This document shows positions 1 to 10,733 of a stretch of DNA of 64,000 bases, piece by piece. A program made the translations under genes and the position numbers. Position 1 is the stretch's first letter. Each line of letters opens with the position of its first letter. The DNA is taken from IMG/VR virus record IMGVR_UViG_3300047548_001122, positions 62,001 through 126,000 of that record; one strand, 5' to 3'. The notes under the pieces were generated by a model. That model was not told the DNA's origin. It was given only the letters and a program-made list of their open reading frames with translations, and made no database searches.

Positions 1-1
1 C

Positions 2-3000
2 AGCAATTATGTTGATCCTGATTATTTCACTGCGGTTTTAGATCCAGGTAAAGCATATGTTGGTGGTTATGAGGTTCAAACTATTGCTCCAACAAAATTG
101 CAGGTTGCTAGAGGAAGAACAACAGCAAATGTTAATGACTATGATTTACCTACGAATTATTCAAGTTATTTTTATGCGGCAAATGTACATGGTTCATTAA
201 CAATTTCCGACTTTGATTTGTTTGATATTCATTGTGCCAATCATTCAAGTGTAAGTCTCGCTTCAACAACAGAATATAATTCATCTAAAATAGGCACACT
301 TCGTGCTCACATGATGAAATATGACACATCAACAGCTTCCGATAACGGCACCACACATAAGTTTACGATAAACGTTTTTGATGTAAATGCTTCATCTATT
401 ACAGGTTCATTAGCATCTTCCGGTTCGAATACTAGGTATGTTGTTTTACCTTCTTCATTTGCTCAACTTCCATCAGACAGTTATGCTGGTATGTTCTTTA
501 GTATAAAGGATGGTGCCGGCGCTAGTTTGGCTCCAATCAGAATTGAAGGTTCGGACGGTTCAGCAAAAGCAATATGGTTATCTTCTGCTTTACCATTTAC
601 ACCAGCTTCAAATACATTTTCAATCGATTCAGACTTTAAAACTTCAGAATCAATTGTATTAAAAGATGGAACAGCAAAAGTTTTTGCGGCAGATATTGAT
701 TCCGAATCTAAAGATAACGATGGTTTTTCTTTCATAACAGAACCAAATAGACAAGGTTTAATTTTTGATGTTCCCTATGAAGCAATAAAAGCAAATACAA
801 TTACTAATTTTGATTTCTTTGCTAGAAAAGTTTATTCAAACAAAGTTTCTAACGCCGGCGGTGTAATCACTCTGGCTACATCTGGTACAGACACTTTTGC
901 TTTTGCTGGAACTCCAGGAACTTTATCTGATAATGTTATTTTAAATAATATTATCTGTTTCATTCGTTACGATTCGGCGTCAAATGGTACTTCTGGAATT
1001 ACACCAAATACTGTTTGTAGTTTAGCTAATAATTTATTTACTGTAACTGCTATTAACGATTCCACACTTGAAATAGATTTTAATACTGCCGGTGTTCGTG
1101 CTGACTTTATTGTTACAACTAAAGTTAATAATGCCGAAGATGGAACAAATGGTGCGATACGTGTAAAAACAATGTATCCACTATCGAACACTAAACACGA
1201 AGCCGTTGCATATACTGTTGATACTACAACAGGATTAACTTTAGCAAACACTGGAACAGTTACTCCAATTTCCGGTGGTTATGTTTTCCCAGATTTGGGT
1301 GTAACGTATTTTGATAATGAAGCGTTGACTGATGAAGGAACCGTAAGAAAATTAAAAACACCTGGCGTTCCTGTGAGTTTGCAAGTTCCTGATGTTTATG
1401 AAATTGTAAAAATCATTGATTCTAGAACTACCACAGGTAATATCACAACAGCTATGCTAACTGACCCAGCATACGATGTTACAAATAGATACGAATTTGA
1501 TAATGGTCAAAGAAAAACACATTACGATCATGCCACAATTAAACTAAAAAGAGGTTTTAGTTCACCTGTCGGTGGATCAATTTATGTAATGTACAATTAT
1601 ATGAGGCACAGTCAAGCACCATCGCCACAAAATATAGGATTGTTTACGGTTGATTCTTACCTTGGTGGTGGATCGAACATTACATATGATACCATTTCTA
1701 AATTTTTAGATAGAGATAAAGGAAAGTTTTTATCAGGTAGATCATCATTCGACTTTAGACCAACTAGAGAAATCGCAGGAGATTCCATTTCAGGAGCAGT
1801 TTGTCCTGATCCTGATTTTACTGCCGAACTTTCTTTCCAGAATTTCTTAGGAAGAGTAGATAAAATTGTTATTAAACCTTCTAAAGAAATCGTAGTAATT
1901 TCTGGCGAGTCTGCTGTTAAACCTTTACCTCCGCCAAATGACATTAACGACATGTTAATTTACACGTTGTATATTCCACCTTATACAGAAAGTGTAAAAG
2001 AAGTTCGTGCTGATTTTCAGAATAATCGTAGATTTACGATGAGAGATATTGGTGCTTTTGAAAATAGAATTAAAGGATTGGAATATTATGTCGCTTTAAA
2101 TTCATTAGAAAAAAATGCAAATGATTCTAAAATATTAGATGCAAATGGTTTAGAAAGATCGAAATATGGAATTTTAGTTGATAATTTTACATCAACTGAC
2201 GTTCAGGCTTCTTACAATGATGTAGGTTTTGATAACAGAAATTTAGTTGAAGGTGGTGAATTGAAACCAGCTTCATTGATGAGAACTATAAAATTATTGT
2301 GGAGTGAGTCGGGTTCTGCTGGTAACTATAAACTAAGTGGAACGAATACACAAAAATCTTTGACGATGGATTATACATCTTCGGTTTTTGCGGATCAACC
2401 ATATGCAACAAAAACTATTCCTGTTGCTAGTGCTCTTTATGGTAACTTTAATGGACATTTGAGATTATTTCCAGAAATAACAACAGAACACGATACTAGT
2501 GTAACATCTAAAATTACATTAAACTCCGTACAAGGTTTAGAAAATGCATTTAATTACGTTAATGATGCTTTTAAATTTATCTCAGACAAAAATCCAACTT
2601 GGTTGAGTGATAAAGATAGTCCTTTTGCAAAAGTTCCTGATTCTTCTTGGTTTGAAACTATCAGCACCGTCACAAACGCTACCGTAGATTTAGGTAATAG
2701 AACACAGGGAAATTTACAAACAACGACAGACCAAGTTTATGTTAGTGCGGGAGCAACATTAAGTCAAGAACAAATTACAGTTTCTTCTTCTAAAGTTGAT
2801 TTAGGTTCTTATATTACGGATATTTCTATTAATCCTTATATGAAACCTAGAGGTGTAGTTTTTTATGGATCATCATTAAGACCTAAGACACGTTTCTATT
2901 CTTATTTCGATGATGTTTTAGTTGATGATTATACCATCGTTCCAACAAAAGTTACATTAAGTGGAACCAACCCACTGAAATCGGGTGAAATGGTATTGAT

Positions 3001-5263
3001 TGCAAATACTAGTGCAGAGTTGACAACACATATTGCCAACTATTTAAGTGGTTCTGGAATTTTCCATTTGGGAGTCTGTGCAGTTTCGGAAGCAAATACG
3101 TCAAACGTTCGCATAGTTAATGAAAGTAGTTTATCACTGTCTGGCAAATATATAATTGGATTGGACACTTCTGTAACAAAAGTAATTTCTACAGTTGTTG
3201 ACCATCGTTGTGGACAAACAAGATCCGTTACCTCAAGTACTATAACTTTAGCCTTAGATGCTCCTAGTGTAGATATAACAGGAAACACTGTTACTTTAGT
3301 TAGACAAACAACAGATACCACAGGAAACGGTATAGGATCGAAATATACTGTAACAGCATATAATACTACAACTAAAGTTGCAACTGTTTCCGAAACAATA
3401 CCATCAACTGAAGTTGGAAAAATTTTCTCCTATAGTATAGGATCTAACATCTCCAGTGATTCTGGCCAAGTTGGAGGAATTTTCTATATTCCACAAGCAA
3501 CATTTAGAAGTGGAGAAAGAAAATATAGACTAACAGAATCATTTAACAATTCTTATGATGCTGACGCAATTTCTTTTGCCGAAAAAACTTATGTATCTTC
3601 TGGAGTTACAACAACAAAAACTTCATTGGTTGATACTGTTTATAACATAGGCACTCAAACAAATATTGTAGGAACAGTTACAAGTCCACTTTTACAATCG
3701 AGTAAAACGACTAGTACAATAACAAAAACATGGAGAGTCGATCCTTTAGCACAAACTTTCTTTGTTGATGACCAAAAATATCCTCATGGACTATATTTGG
3801 AAAGTGTAAATCTATTTTTCAGCGCGAAAGATGATGAACAGTTACCAATAACTGTACAAATTAGACCTACAGAAAATGGATTACCTTCTTCAAATTATTG
3901 GTATCCAGAATCAGTAGTAGAAAAATATCCTAATGAAATAACCGTTACAGATAGTCCAAGTGTTGATACCGATAGTACAAAAACCACTTTCACTTTTGAA
4001 TCTCCAGTATTTTTAAAACCAGGACTATATTCTTTAGTTGTTTTGACTGATTCTCCAGATTATGTGATGTGGACTGCACAAAAGGGTCAAACAACTTTAA
4101 ATAATCAAATTGTTTCTGTTAACCCATACGTAGGCACTTTGTATAAGTCACAAAATGCCATGGAATATGTTCCTTATTTAAATGAAGATATAATGTTTGA
4201 ATTGAGTCGTTGTGTGTTTGATACCTCGACTGCAACTTTCTCTTTAGTTAGTGAAAAACAAAATTCGGTAAAATATGTAGATAGATTCCGTCTTTTAGAA
4301 AAATCCATTCAAACACAATCATCTTCACCAATTAGTATTAAATACTCTTTTGTTTCAACACCAGTTGGAGGATCAAAAGAGACTAATTATAGAAATATCG
4401 ATCCACAGACAATCTATAATATGGCCGACGATACTTTTTACGCCATAGGAAATAGAAGAAAAGAAATTTTAGATCAAGGAGATTTCACAGTTAAGTTGGA
4501 AATTAGTACCTCTGACGATGCGATAACACCTTTAGTTTCATTAGAGAGTTTATCTTTAAATTGTTGGGAAAACTTTATTGATAATGGTGAAATTAATGAT
4601 GAAGATTTTAATATTGTTAAGTCTGGTGCTGGTTATGCCAATTCAAATACAATCACGATAACTTCGTCAACAGGTGAAGGTGCTCTTGTTTATTTAAGTT
4701 GTGATGCAGTTAATGGAAATGTTCTTGCAGCTAATGTTGTTTCTTCAGGTATAGGTTATACTGATAACTTTACAATATCTTATGCTGATACTGGAAATAC
4801 ACCAAACGTCACTGCAAATGCTGTTATCACATTAAACAGTGAATTTGATAGTTCTGGGGGACCATGTTTGGCAAGATACATTACTAAACCAATAGTTCTG
4901 TCTGATGGTTTTGATGCTGGCGATCTTAGAGTTTTCTTATCAGCAAATAAACCTGTTGGTACTGAAGTTCATGTATTTTATAAATTACTTTCTGGTTCCG
5001 ACACAACTAGTTTTAATGATAGAGGTTATGGAAAACTCGAATGTTTTAATCCAACAGTTGGAGGATCAATTGAAGAATCCGAGTTTAGAGAATATGAATA
5101 TCGTCCTTCATTAACAGAAGATCAGATTACTTATGTTTCTGATTCTGGAGTAACATATGATACGTTTAAAACCTTCTCTATCAAAATAGTTATGACTTCA
5201 GAAGATCCTTCAGTCATACCTAGAGTAAAAGATTTGCGAATAATTGCTCTTCCGGCAGGTTAA
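2..5263 (+). CDS. Large virion structural protein, DUF4815/VrlC-like (5' truncated by window edge)
   Basis: Frame of the 98..5263 ORF is open back to base 2 (SNYVDPDYFTAVLDPGKAYVGGYEV). The PGKAYVxGYE, RRFTMRDIG..ENRI..LEYY..L..LE, DPLAQTF and C-terminal PRVKDLRIIAL motifs are typical of this T4-like cyanophage-type virion protein. Confidence 0.75.
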   Translation, partial: SNYVDPDYFTAVLDPGKAYVGGYEVQTIAPTKLQVARGRTTANVNDYDLPTNYSSYFYAANVHGSLTISDFDLFDIHCANHSSVSLASTTEYNSSKIGTLRAHMMKYDTSTASDNGTTHKFTINVFDVNASSITGSLASSGSNTRYVVLPSSFAQLPSDSYAGMFFSIKDGAGASLAPIRIEGSDGSAKAIWLSSALPFTPASNTFSIDSDFKTSESIVLKDGTAKVFAADIDSESKDNDGFSFITEPNRQGLIFDVPYEAIKANTITNFDFFARKVYSNKVSNAGGVITLATSGTDTFAFAGTPGTLSDNVILNNIICFIRYDSASNGTSGITPNTVCSLANNLFTVTAINDSTLEIDFNTAGVRADFIVTTKVNNAEDGTNGAIRVKTMYPLSNTKHEAVAYTVDTTTGLTLANTGTVTPISGGYVFPDLGVTYFDNEALTDEGTVRKLKTPGVPVSLQVPDVYEIVKIIDSRTTTGNITTAMLTDPAYDVTNRYEFDNGQRKTHYDHATIKLKRGFSSPVGGSIYVMYNYMRHSQAPSPQNIGLFTVDSYLGGGSNITYDTISKFLDRDKGKFLSGRSSFDFRPTREIAGDSISGAVCPDPDFTAELSFQNFLGRVDKIVIKPSKEIVVISGESAVKPLPPPNDINDMLIYTLYIPPYTESVKEVRADFQNNRRFTMRDIGAFENRIKGLEYYVALNSLEKNANDSKILDANGLERSKYGILVDNFTSTDVQASYNDVGFDNRNLVEGGELKPASLMRTIKLLWSESGSAGNYKLSGTNTQKSLTMDYTSSVFADQPYATKTIPVASALYGNFNGHLRLFPEITTEHDTSVTSKITLNSVQGLENAFNYVNDAFKFISDKNPTWLSDKDSPFAKVPDSSWFETISTVTNATVDLGNRTQGNLQTTTDQVYVSAGATLSQEQITVSSSKVDLGSYITDISINPYMKPRGVVFYGSSLRPKTRFYSYFDDVLVDDYTIVPTKVTLSGTNPLKSGEMVLIANTSAELTTHIANYLSGSGIFHLGVCAVSEANTSNVRIVNESSLSLSGKYIIGLDTSVTKVISTVVDHRCGQTRSVTSSTITLALDAPSVDITGNTVTLVRQTTDTTGNGIGSKYTVTAYNTTTKVATVSETIPSTEVGKIFSYSIGSNISSDSGQVGGIFYIPQATFRSGERKYRLTESFNNSYDADAISFAEKTYVSSGVTTTKTSLVDTVYNIGTQTNIVGTVTSPLLQSSKTTSTITKTWRVDPLAQTFFVDDQKYPHGLYLESVNLFFSAKDDEQLPITVQIRPTENGLPSSNYWYPESVVEKYPNEITVTDSPSVDTDSTKTTFTFESPVFLKPGLYSLVVLTDSPDYVMWTAQKGQTTLNNQIVSVNPYVGTLYKSQNAMEYVPYLNEDIMFELSRCVFDTSTATFSLVSEKQNSVKYVDRFRLLEKSIQTQSSSPISIKYSFVSTPVGGSKETNYRNIDPQTIYNMADDTFYAIGNRRKEILDQGDFTVKLEISTSDDAITPLVSLESLSLNCWENFIDNGEINDEDFNIVKSGAGYANSNTITITSSTGEGALVYLSCDAVNGNVLAANVVSSGIGYTDNFTISYADTGNTPNVTANAVITLNSEFDSSGGPCLARYITKPIVLSDGFDAGDLRVFLSANKPVGTEVHVFYKLLSGSDTTSFNDRGYGKLECFNPTVGGSIEESEFREYEYRPSLTEDQITYVSDSGVTYDTFKTFSIKIVMTSEDPSVIPRVKDLRIIALPAG

Positions 5264-5266
5264 AAA

Positions 5267-5506
5267 ATGAAAGACGATTTAGTAAAAGTTGAAGGTGGCC
5301 AGTTTGTTAAAAATAGAAAAAATGGAGCTTTACTTGCTGTGAATAGAAACGTTTTAGTTCAAAATGAAGCTAGAAAAAAACTAGGCCAAAAAATAAATGG
5401 AAATGATGCTGAAATAAATAACTTAAAAAGTAAAATAGAAGAAATGTCTAATGACATGAATGAAATAAAATCTTTGTTAAAGACCCTGATTCATAAAAAG
5501 GATTAA
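5267..5506 (+). CDS. Small hypothetical protein with C-terminal coiled coil
   Basis: 79 aa ORF packed between structural genes; C-terminal heptads (EINNLKSKIEEMSNDMNEIKSLLKTL). Confidence 0.6.
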   Translation: MKDDLVKVEGGQFVKNRKNGALLAVNRNVLVQNEARKKLGQKINGNDAEINNLKSKIEEMSNDMNEIKSLLKTLIHKKD

Positions 5507-5515
5507 TAATTAGAA

Positions 5516-8500
5516 ATGCCTACCTCATTAATACCGATTATCGCTAGAACGAATACCATCGACGAATGGAGAATTCAAACAAATAAATCTGCTTCAGATT
5601 TAAATGATCTTGGATTTTATACTTACGACAAAAATCAGGGTACTTTATTACTCTCAAATACTTCATTGTTGAGTATAACCGCAAATGGTACACCACTTCA
5701 AGTTGCGAATAATGTTCTATTTCAAAGTAGCCTAACTTTAGGTAATACACTTTTCCTTGGTGTACAAAGTTCTGCAACTGGTAATATTATTGCTGGTGGA
5801 ACTGTTTCGGTGAGGGGGCCAGGATCAGCATTATCTGTTTCGAATAACTCTTATGTTGGTGTAGACCTACAAGTTGTAAGTAACATCTATGCAAACAATT
5901 ATACTGCTAATGGAAGTTTAACTGTAGCAAATAATGTTACTGTATCCACAGGCATTTTAAGATTAAATGGCACAGGAAATGTAGCTTACGTAAACAGTGG
6001 TTCTATTTCCGCAAACACGTTGTATGTTACAGATACCAATTCAACAAATGTAAAAACTGCTAACCTTACTGCGGCATTTGCAAGAATTGATGTATTGGAT
6101 GATCTAGCCTTTGCAAGAATAGGTATTCTGGAAAACACAACAGGCAATTCATATTATCTTTCTTCGAATTCTCATACTTCGAACTCTATTGCAACGAGAT
6201 ATATTACAGCAAATATTTCCGGTAATATTGTTAATTTTAGTTCTAATGTATCTTCAATTAATACAGCTACAATTTTAACTGGAAACGTAGTATCACTAAC
6301 AAGTAATCTATCTGGAATAAATGTAGCAACAATCAATACATCAACTACACTAGTTGGAAACGTAGTATCACTGACAAGTAATTTATCTGCAATTAACGTT
6401 GCCACAGTTAATACATCAACCACATTAGTTGGAAATGTAGTATCTTTAACCAGTAATACATCTTCTATTAATGTAGCAACAGTTAATACCGCTTCTATTA
6501 ATGTATTAAGTTCTTATAACTTAACTTCTACACATAGAATAACAGCAAACAACATTATCACAAACAATGTAGAAGTTTCTACTATAAATGTTGCTCATGT
6601 AAATATTTCTTCTAATCTTTGGATCGCAAGTGGTTCTGTTTCTAGAATATATGCACCAACAGAAGAACATGAATCTTTAACGGTTGATGGCAAAACAACT
6701 TTAGAAACAGCATTAGTAACAAATAATTTAACTGTACAAGGAACTTTTACACAATTAGGTGATATTGAATATGAAACGAATGAGATTATATTCAATAAGA
6801 GAACTCCAACAAACGCAGACGTAATCATTAGAAATGAAAGACCTGTTGGAAATGATGCAATCATACAATGGAGTGAATCTGATGACCAATGGGTATTATC
6901 AAAAGGAAACACTTATACTCAACTTTTTGGTATATTAGATACGAGTTTCTTAGATTCTTCAGTTTTAAATGTTAGTTCATCAAATGTTGCTACCCCTTTA
7001 GCTGTCAATATTGCTCATACTACAGCACAGACTGTTGGTAGATATGCAAATTCTTCGTATATACACGCTAATGCTTCATTTAATTGGGCAAATGTTGTAT
7101 CAACTACTGCAAATGCAAATACAGCAAGATTAACTACAGACGTTACAATTGCAGGAAACTATGCTAATAATGCATACATGACTGCTAATTCAGCCCAAGT
7201 GTATGCTAATGCTGCATTTAGAACTCAAAATACCACTGGCGTTTATGCGAATTCTGCTTTCGATGTTGCAAACACTGCTTTAATTGCAGGCGGCACAATT
7301 TCAGGTGGTTATGCGAACGCAGCATTTGCGAGGGCAAATACAGCAAACACAACATCAATAAGCGCATCCTCTTATGCAAATGGTGCGTTTGCGGCCGCTA
7401 ACACTGCTGCAACAGCTGCTGCACTAGCTCAATCTTCTGGCGTTTCTGCTGGACTATATGCTAACGCAGCGTATGAAGCTGCAAATAGTGCTGTTGATAC
7501 TTGGGTTAGAAATGCGGCAAACTCAGCATCCAGTTATGCAAACAGTGCCTTTGCAAATGCTAATAATGCAATATACAAAACCGGACAGACAAGTCAAACT
7601 TTAAGTGGAAGTTTAGAAGTAACTGGAAATGTAAATACGTCAGATATTAAATTTACTCCGGGAACAACTTTATTACAAGGTTCTAAAGTTGTTATTAATT
7701 CTAATCAGAATCAAAACCAAGGTCCTTCTTTATCAGCTACCATAGAAGTAGATAGGGGCATTTCTCCTAATGCCATATTCAGATATAATGAAACTATCGA
7801 TAGATGGGAATACACTCATGCTTTATCTGACCCAGCCGATTTCACAACATTAGGATTTATAAGTGAACGAGCTAATAATATTACTGGTGGTGCAGCGAAT
7901 AGAATTCCTGTTCAAACTTCTGCCAATGTTACATCATTTATTGATGCCCCCGTTACGGCTAATTATTTCTTAAAGTGGACCGGATCAGCATTTACTTGGG
8001 CAGATGTTCCTACAGCAGACTTATCCAATTTAAATGCGACAAATTTAACTTCTGGTATATTACCATTAAGTAGAGTTACTAAACTTAATAACATTGCAGG
8101 AAGCACACCGAATGATGGTACGAAAAGAGTTTACTCGATGCATATCGATGGTGATGCTGCATATGCGACAACCGCAGGATCAGCAACTTCAGCAACTTCA
8201 GCAACAACAGCCGGATCCACCACAAATGTAACTGCCGGCGGATCTGTAACTACAGGAACAATCAATCAGGGTACAACAACAGCATTAACAAACTATGGTG
8301 GAACTGACTTCTATAACAGAGTCAGAATTAGAAATAGTACACAAGCCACAACAACCCAAGATAATAGTAATAGTCCTGCTTCTGGTGCCGCACTTTATGT
8401 TGAGGGTGGTATATATTGTGAAAAAGATATAGTTTGTGATATACTCAGAGGCACTGCAACTGCTGCCTACTACTCCGCTGACGTTGCGGAAAAATATTTG

Positions 8501-8839
8501 CCTGACGTTGAATACCCAACAGGAACAATTCTGATGGTTGGCGGCAAAAAAGAAGTTACAGCGGCTACAAAAGAGAAAAGTTATGTTATAATAGGTGTTG
8601 TATCTGAAAATCCTTCACTCATAATGAATTCGCAACTGGAGGGTGGTGTAATTGTTGGACTTAAAGGACGACTGCCAGTGAGAGTTATTGGTAAATGTAA
8701 GAAGGGTGATCTATTAGAGATGTCGGATATACCAGGTGTAGGTATAGTTTCTGACGGTAATAAATTGCCTTTAAGATTAATTTGTTTAGAAAACAAAAAA
8801 ACTGAAGAAGAAGGAACGGTAGAAGTAGCTATCATGTAA
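5516..8839 (+). CDS. Tail fibre/spike-like protein with C-terminal putative intramolecular chaperone (peptidase G2-like) domain
   Basis: 1107 aa. N-terminal NTIDEWRIQTN motif, Asn/Thr/Val beta-repeats (NVATxNTSTTLVGNVVSLTSN x3), YANxAF coiled-coil repeats, C-terminal ADVAEKY...IIGVVSENP..MN...GLKGRLPV..GDLL. Confidence 0.7.
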   Translation: MPTSLIPIIARTNTIDEWRIQTNKSASDLNDLGFYTYDKNQGTLLLSNTSLLSITANGTPLQVANNVLFQSSLTLGNTLFLGVQSSATGNIIAGGTVSVRGPGSALSVSNNSYVGVDLQVVSNIYANNYTANGSLTVANNVTVSTGILRLNGTGNVAYVNSGSISANTLYVTDTNSTNVKTANLTAAFARIDVLDDLAFARIGILENTTGNSYYLSSNSHTSNSIATRYITANISGNIVNFSSNVSSINTATILTGNVVSLTSNLSGINVATINTSTTLVGNVVSLTSNLSAINVATVNTSTTLVGNVVSLTSNTSSINVATVNTASINVLSSYNLTSTHRITANNIITNNVEVSTINVAHVNISSNLWIASGSVSRIYAPTEEHESLTVDGKTTLETALVTNNLTVQGTFTQLGDIEYETNEIIFNKRTPTNADVIIRNERPVGNDAIIQWSESDDQWVLSKGNTYTQLFGILDTSFLDSSVLNVSSSNVATPLAVNIAHTTAQTVGRYANSSYIHANASFNWANVVSTTANANTARLTTDVTIAGNYANNAYMTANSAQVYANAAFRTQNTTGVYANSAFDVANTALIAGGTISGGYANAAFARANTANTTSISASSYANGAFAAANTAATAAALAQSSGVSAGLYANAAYEAANSAVDTWVRNAANSASSYANSAFANANNAIYKTGQTSQTLSGSLEVTGNVNTSDIKFTPGTTLLQGSKVVINSNQNQNQGPSLSATIEVDRGISPNAIFRYNETIDRWEYTHALSDPADFTTLGFISERANNITGGAANRIPVQTSANVTSFIDAPVTANYFLKWTGSAFTWADVPTADLSNLNATNLTSGILPLSRVTKLNNIAGSTPNDGTKRVYSMHIDGDAAYATTAGSATSATSATTAGSTTNVTAGGSVTTGTINQGTTTALTNYGGTDFYNRVRIRNSTQATTTQDNSNSPASGAALYVEGGIYCEKDIVCDILRGTATAAYYSADVAEKYLPDVEYPTGTILMVGGKKEVTAATKEKSYVIIGVVSENPSLIMNSQLEGGVIVGLKGRLPVRVIGKCKKGDLLEMSDIPGVGIVSDGNKLPLRLICLENKKTEEEGTVEVAIM

Positions 8840-8842
8840 ATT

Positions 8843-9580
8843 ATGATTGGAATTATTGGTTATGGTATGGTTGGACAAGCCGTTGAATACGGCTTTTCCA
8901 AAACTAAAGTTTTTGTTTGTGATCCGAAATATAATCACGTAACAATTAAGGGTCTTTGTTTATTAAATCCAGAGGCCATATTTGTATGTGTGCCTACCCC
9001 TACAGACGATACAAATTATTCATTATTGACTTCAATATTGGACGAAATCGTATTGATGAATTATCAAGGCATTGTTATTGTAAAGTCTACAATATTGCCT
9101 CAATATTTGTCCAAATATGATATAGTGTATAATCCTGAATTTCTATCCAGATCAACTTCAAAAGAAGATTTCGTCAAACCTCCTTTTATATTACTGTCTG
9201 GAAAAAAATCTGAAAAAGTAACAGAACTCTATAAAAAATATTCTATTGTTGATACTAGTAAAATATTTACTACCGATATCAATACTGCATCTTTTATAAA
9301 GTATACCATGAATAGTTTTTATGCGACAAAAGTAACGTTCATGAATACCATGTATGATATTGCTAAAGAGTTAAACGTTGATTATAATGAAGCAATATCA
9401 ATTCTATCTCAACACCCCTGGATGGGTTCTCATCATTTTCAAGTACCTGGACCTGATGGTAAAAGAGGATTTGGAGGTCCTTGTTTACCGAAAGACACAA
9501 AGGTTTTAGCTGAAAAATTTGATAAAGAATTATTAAAGACTGTTTTAAAAATAAACGAACAATATAGAAATATTATATAG
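8843..9580 (+). CDS. UDP-glucose/GDP-mannose dehydrogenase-like protein (short form)
   Basis: GYGMVG Rossmann motif, FVCVPTP, KSTI, YNPEFL, catalytic GFGGPCLPKD. Only 245 aa, so the C-terminal domain is absent. Confidence 0.85.
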   Translation: MIGIIGYGMVGQAVEYGFSKTKVFVCDPKYNHVTIKGLCLLNPEAIFVCVPTPTDDTNYSLLTSILDEIVLMNYQGIVIVKSTILPQYLSKYDIVYNPEFLSRSTSKEDFVKPPFILLSGKKSEKVTELYKKYSIVDTSKIFTTDINTASFIKYTMNSFYATKVTFMNTMYDIAKELNVDYNEAISILSQHPWMGSHHFQVPGPDGKRGFGGPCLPKDTKVLAEKFDKELLKTVLKINEQYRNII

Positions 9581-9617
9581 TTGACTAAAACTATATACTA
9601 TAAAGAGGAGAAAAAAA

Positions 9618-10724
9618 ATGGTTGTAGACATTAACGTAACTAGTATCTGTAATTTGGCTTGTACGTATTGTTCAGAAGGATTTGAATGTGGATTGTCAAC
9701 AGAATTTGAAGAAAATACTTCTTTAACGTTGGATAATGTTGAAGAATTTATGGCAAAAATTTCCGATCCAAAGAAAGATGTTTATTTTTGGGGTGGTGAA
9801 CCTTTTGTTAATTGGGATTTTTGCAGGGGAGTTATAGAGAAATTTAAACACGACCCTGGTTTCTCATTCTTCTTCTATACGAATGGTACATACTTGAAAA
9901 GATATCTAAAAGATTTAGTTAGAATTCATAATGAAATACCAGGTAGATTAAAACTACAAGTTTCGTATGATGGAAAGCCAGTAAATGACATTGCTCGCGT
10001 AACCAAATCTGGTACGCCATCTTCAGCTTTAGTTAAAGCGAATTACATTGCAGCTAAAGAAGCCGGATTAAACATTTCGTTGAAATCAGTTTTAACTTCA
10101 GATAATTTTCATTTGATTTATGAAGCGTTTTTAGATGTAATTGAAATGGACAAAAATTATTTTCCTACACCAGACTTATACAGTCAGTTAACTGAGGAAG
10201 AATTTATGCCCAAGTTAGAGGTATTAAAAGAGGGATTGAAAAAGATAGCAAAACACATTTATGAAAATAAGTTACCACCTGAAAAATTTGGATGGTTTCA
10301 ACAGTCTAGAGCTCTCTGTGCCGCAGGTATTAATTATTTGAGTGTAGATTTGAATGGAGATTTAAGTCCTTGTCACGGGTGCATGTATAAAGAATCACAT
10401 TCACATAAATTAGGAAACATTTTTAAAGTTGCTGATTTGGATGCTTTAATTGAAGAAAAATCTACAATGTATAAAAATGCTTTAAAAAATCAACCATTGG
10501 ATTGTATGAATTGCGACAGTCAATTCTGTATGAAATGTAATGCTGCAACATATGAGAAAAGTGAGAAAGAAACTTATTTGGAAAAGTGGAGCGATCACAC
10601 CGCAAACTGGCAAGTATGTAAAGTTTTTAAAACAAACGAAATTGTGCATCACGCTTTAAGAACTGCTTTGAAGAGTTACAAAAAACCTGTAATTAAAATC
10701 CAAGCAGAACAATGCACAGTTTAA
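9618..10724 (+). CDS. Radical SAM/SPASM protein (peptide-maturase-like)
   Basis: CNLACTYC, FWGGEP, TNG; C-terminal CAAG...PCHGC...CMNCDSQFCMKC Cys cluster; SD GAGGAG upstream. Confidence 0.9.
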   Translation: MVVDINVTSICNLACTYCSEGFECGLSTEFEENTSLTLDNVEEFMAKISDPKKDVYFWGGEPFVNWDFCRGVIEKFKHDPGFSFFFYTNGTYLKRYLKDLVRIHNEIPGRLKLQVSYDGKPVNDIARVTKSGTPSSALVKANYIAAKEAGLNISLKSVLTSDNFHLIYEAFLDVIEMDKNYFPTPDLYSQLTEEEFMPKLEVLKEGLKKIAKHIYENKLPPEKFGWFQQSRALCAAGINYLSVDLNGDLSPCHGCMYKESHSHKLGNIFKVADLDALIEEKSTMYKNALKNQPLDCMNCDSQFCMKCNAATYEKSEKETYLEKWSDHTANWQVCKVFKTNEIVHHALRTALKSYKKPVIKIQAEQCTV

Positions 10725-10733
10725 GGAGAAAAA

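Noticed and set aside
9574-9604. TTGACT plus TATACT/TATAAA before the first rSAM, inside a 7-bp AT-rich inverted repeat
   Set aside because: Spacing of 7-12 nt does not fit a sigma70 promoter, it is not an ATAAATA match and the stem is weak.
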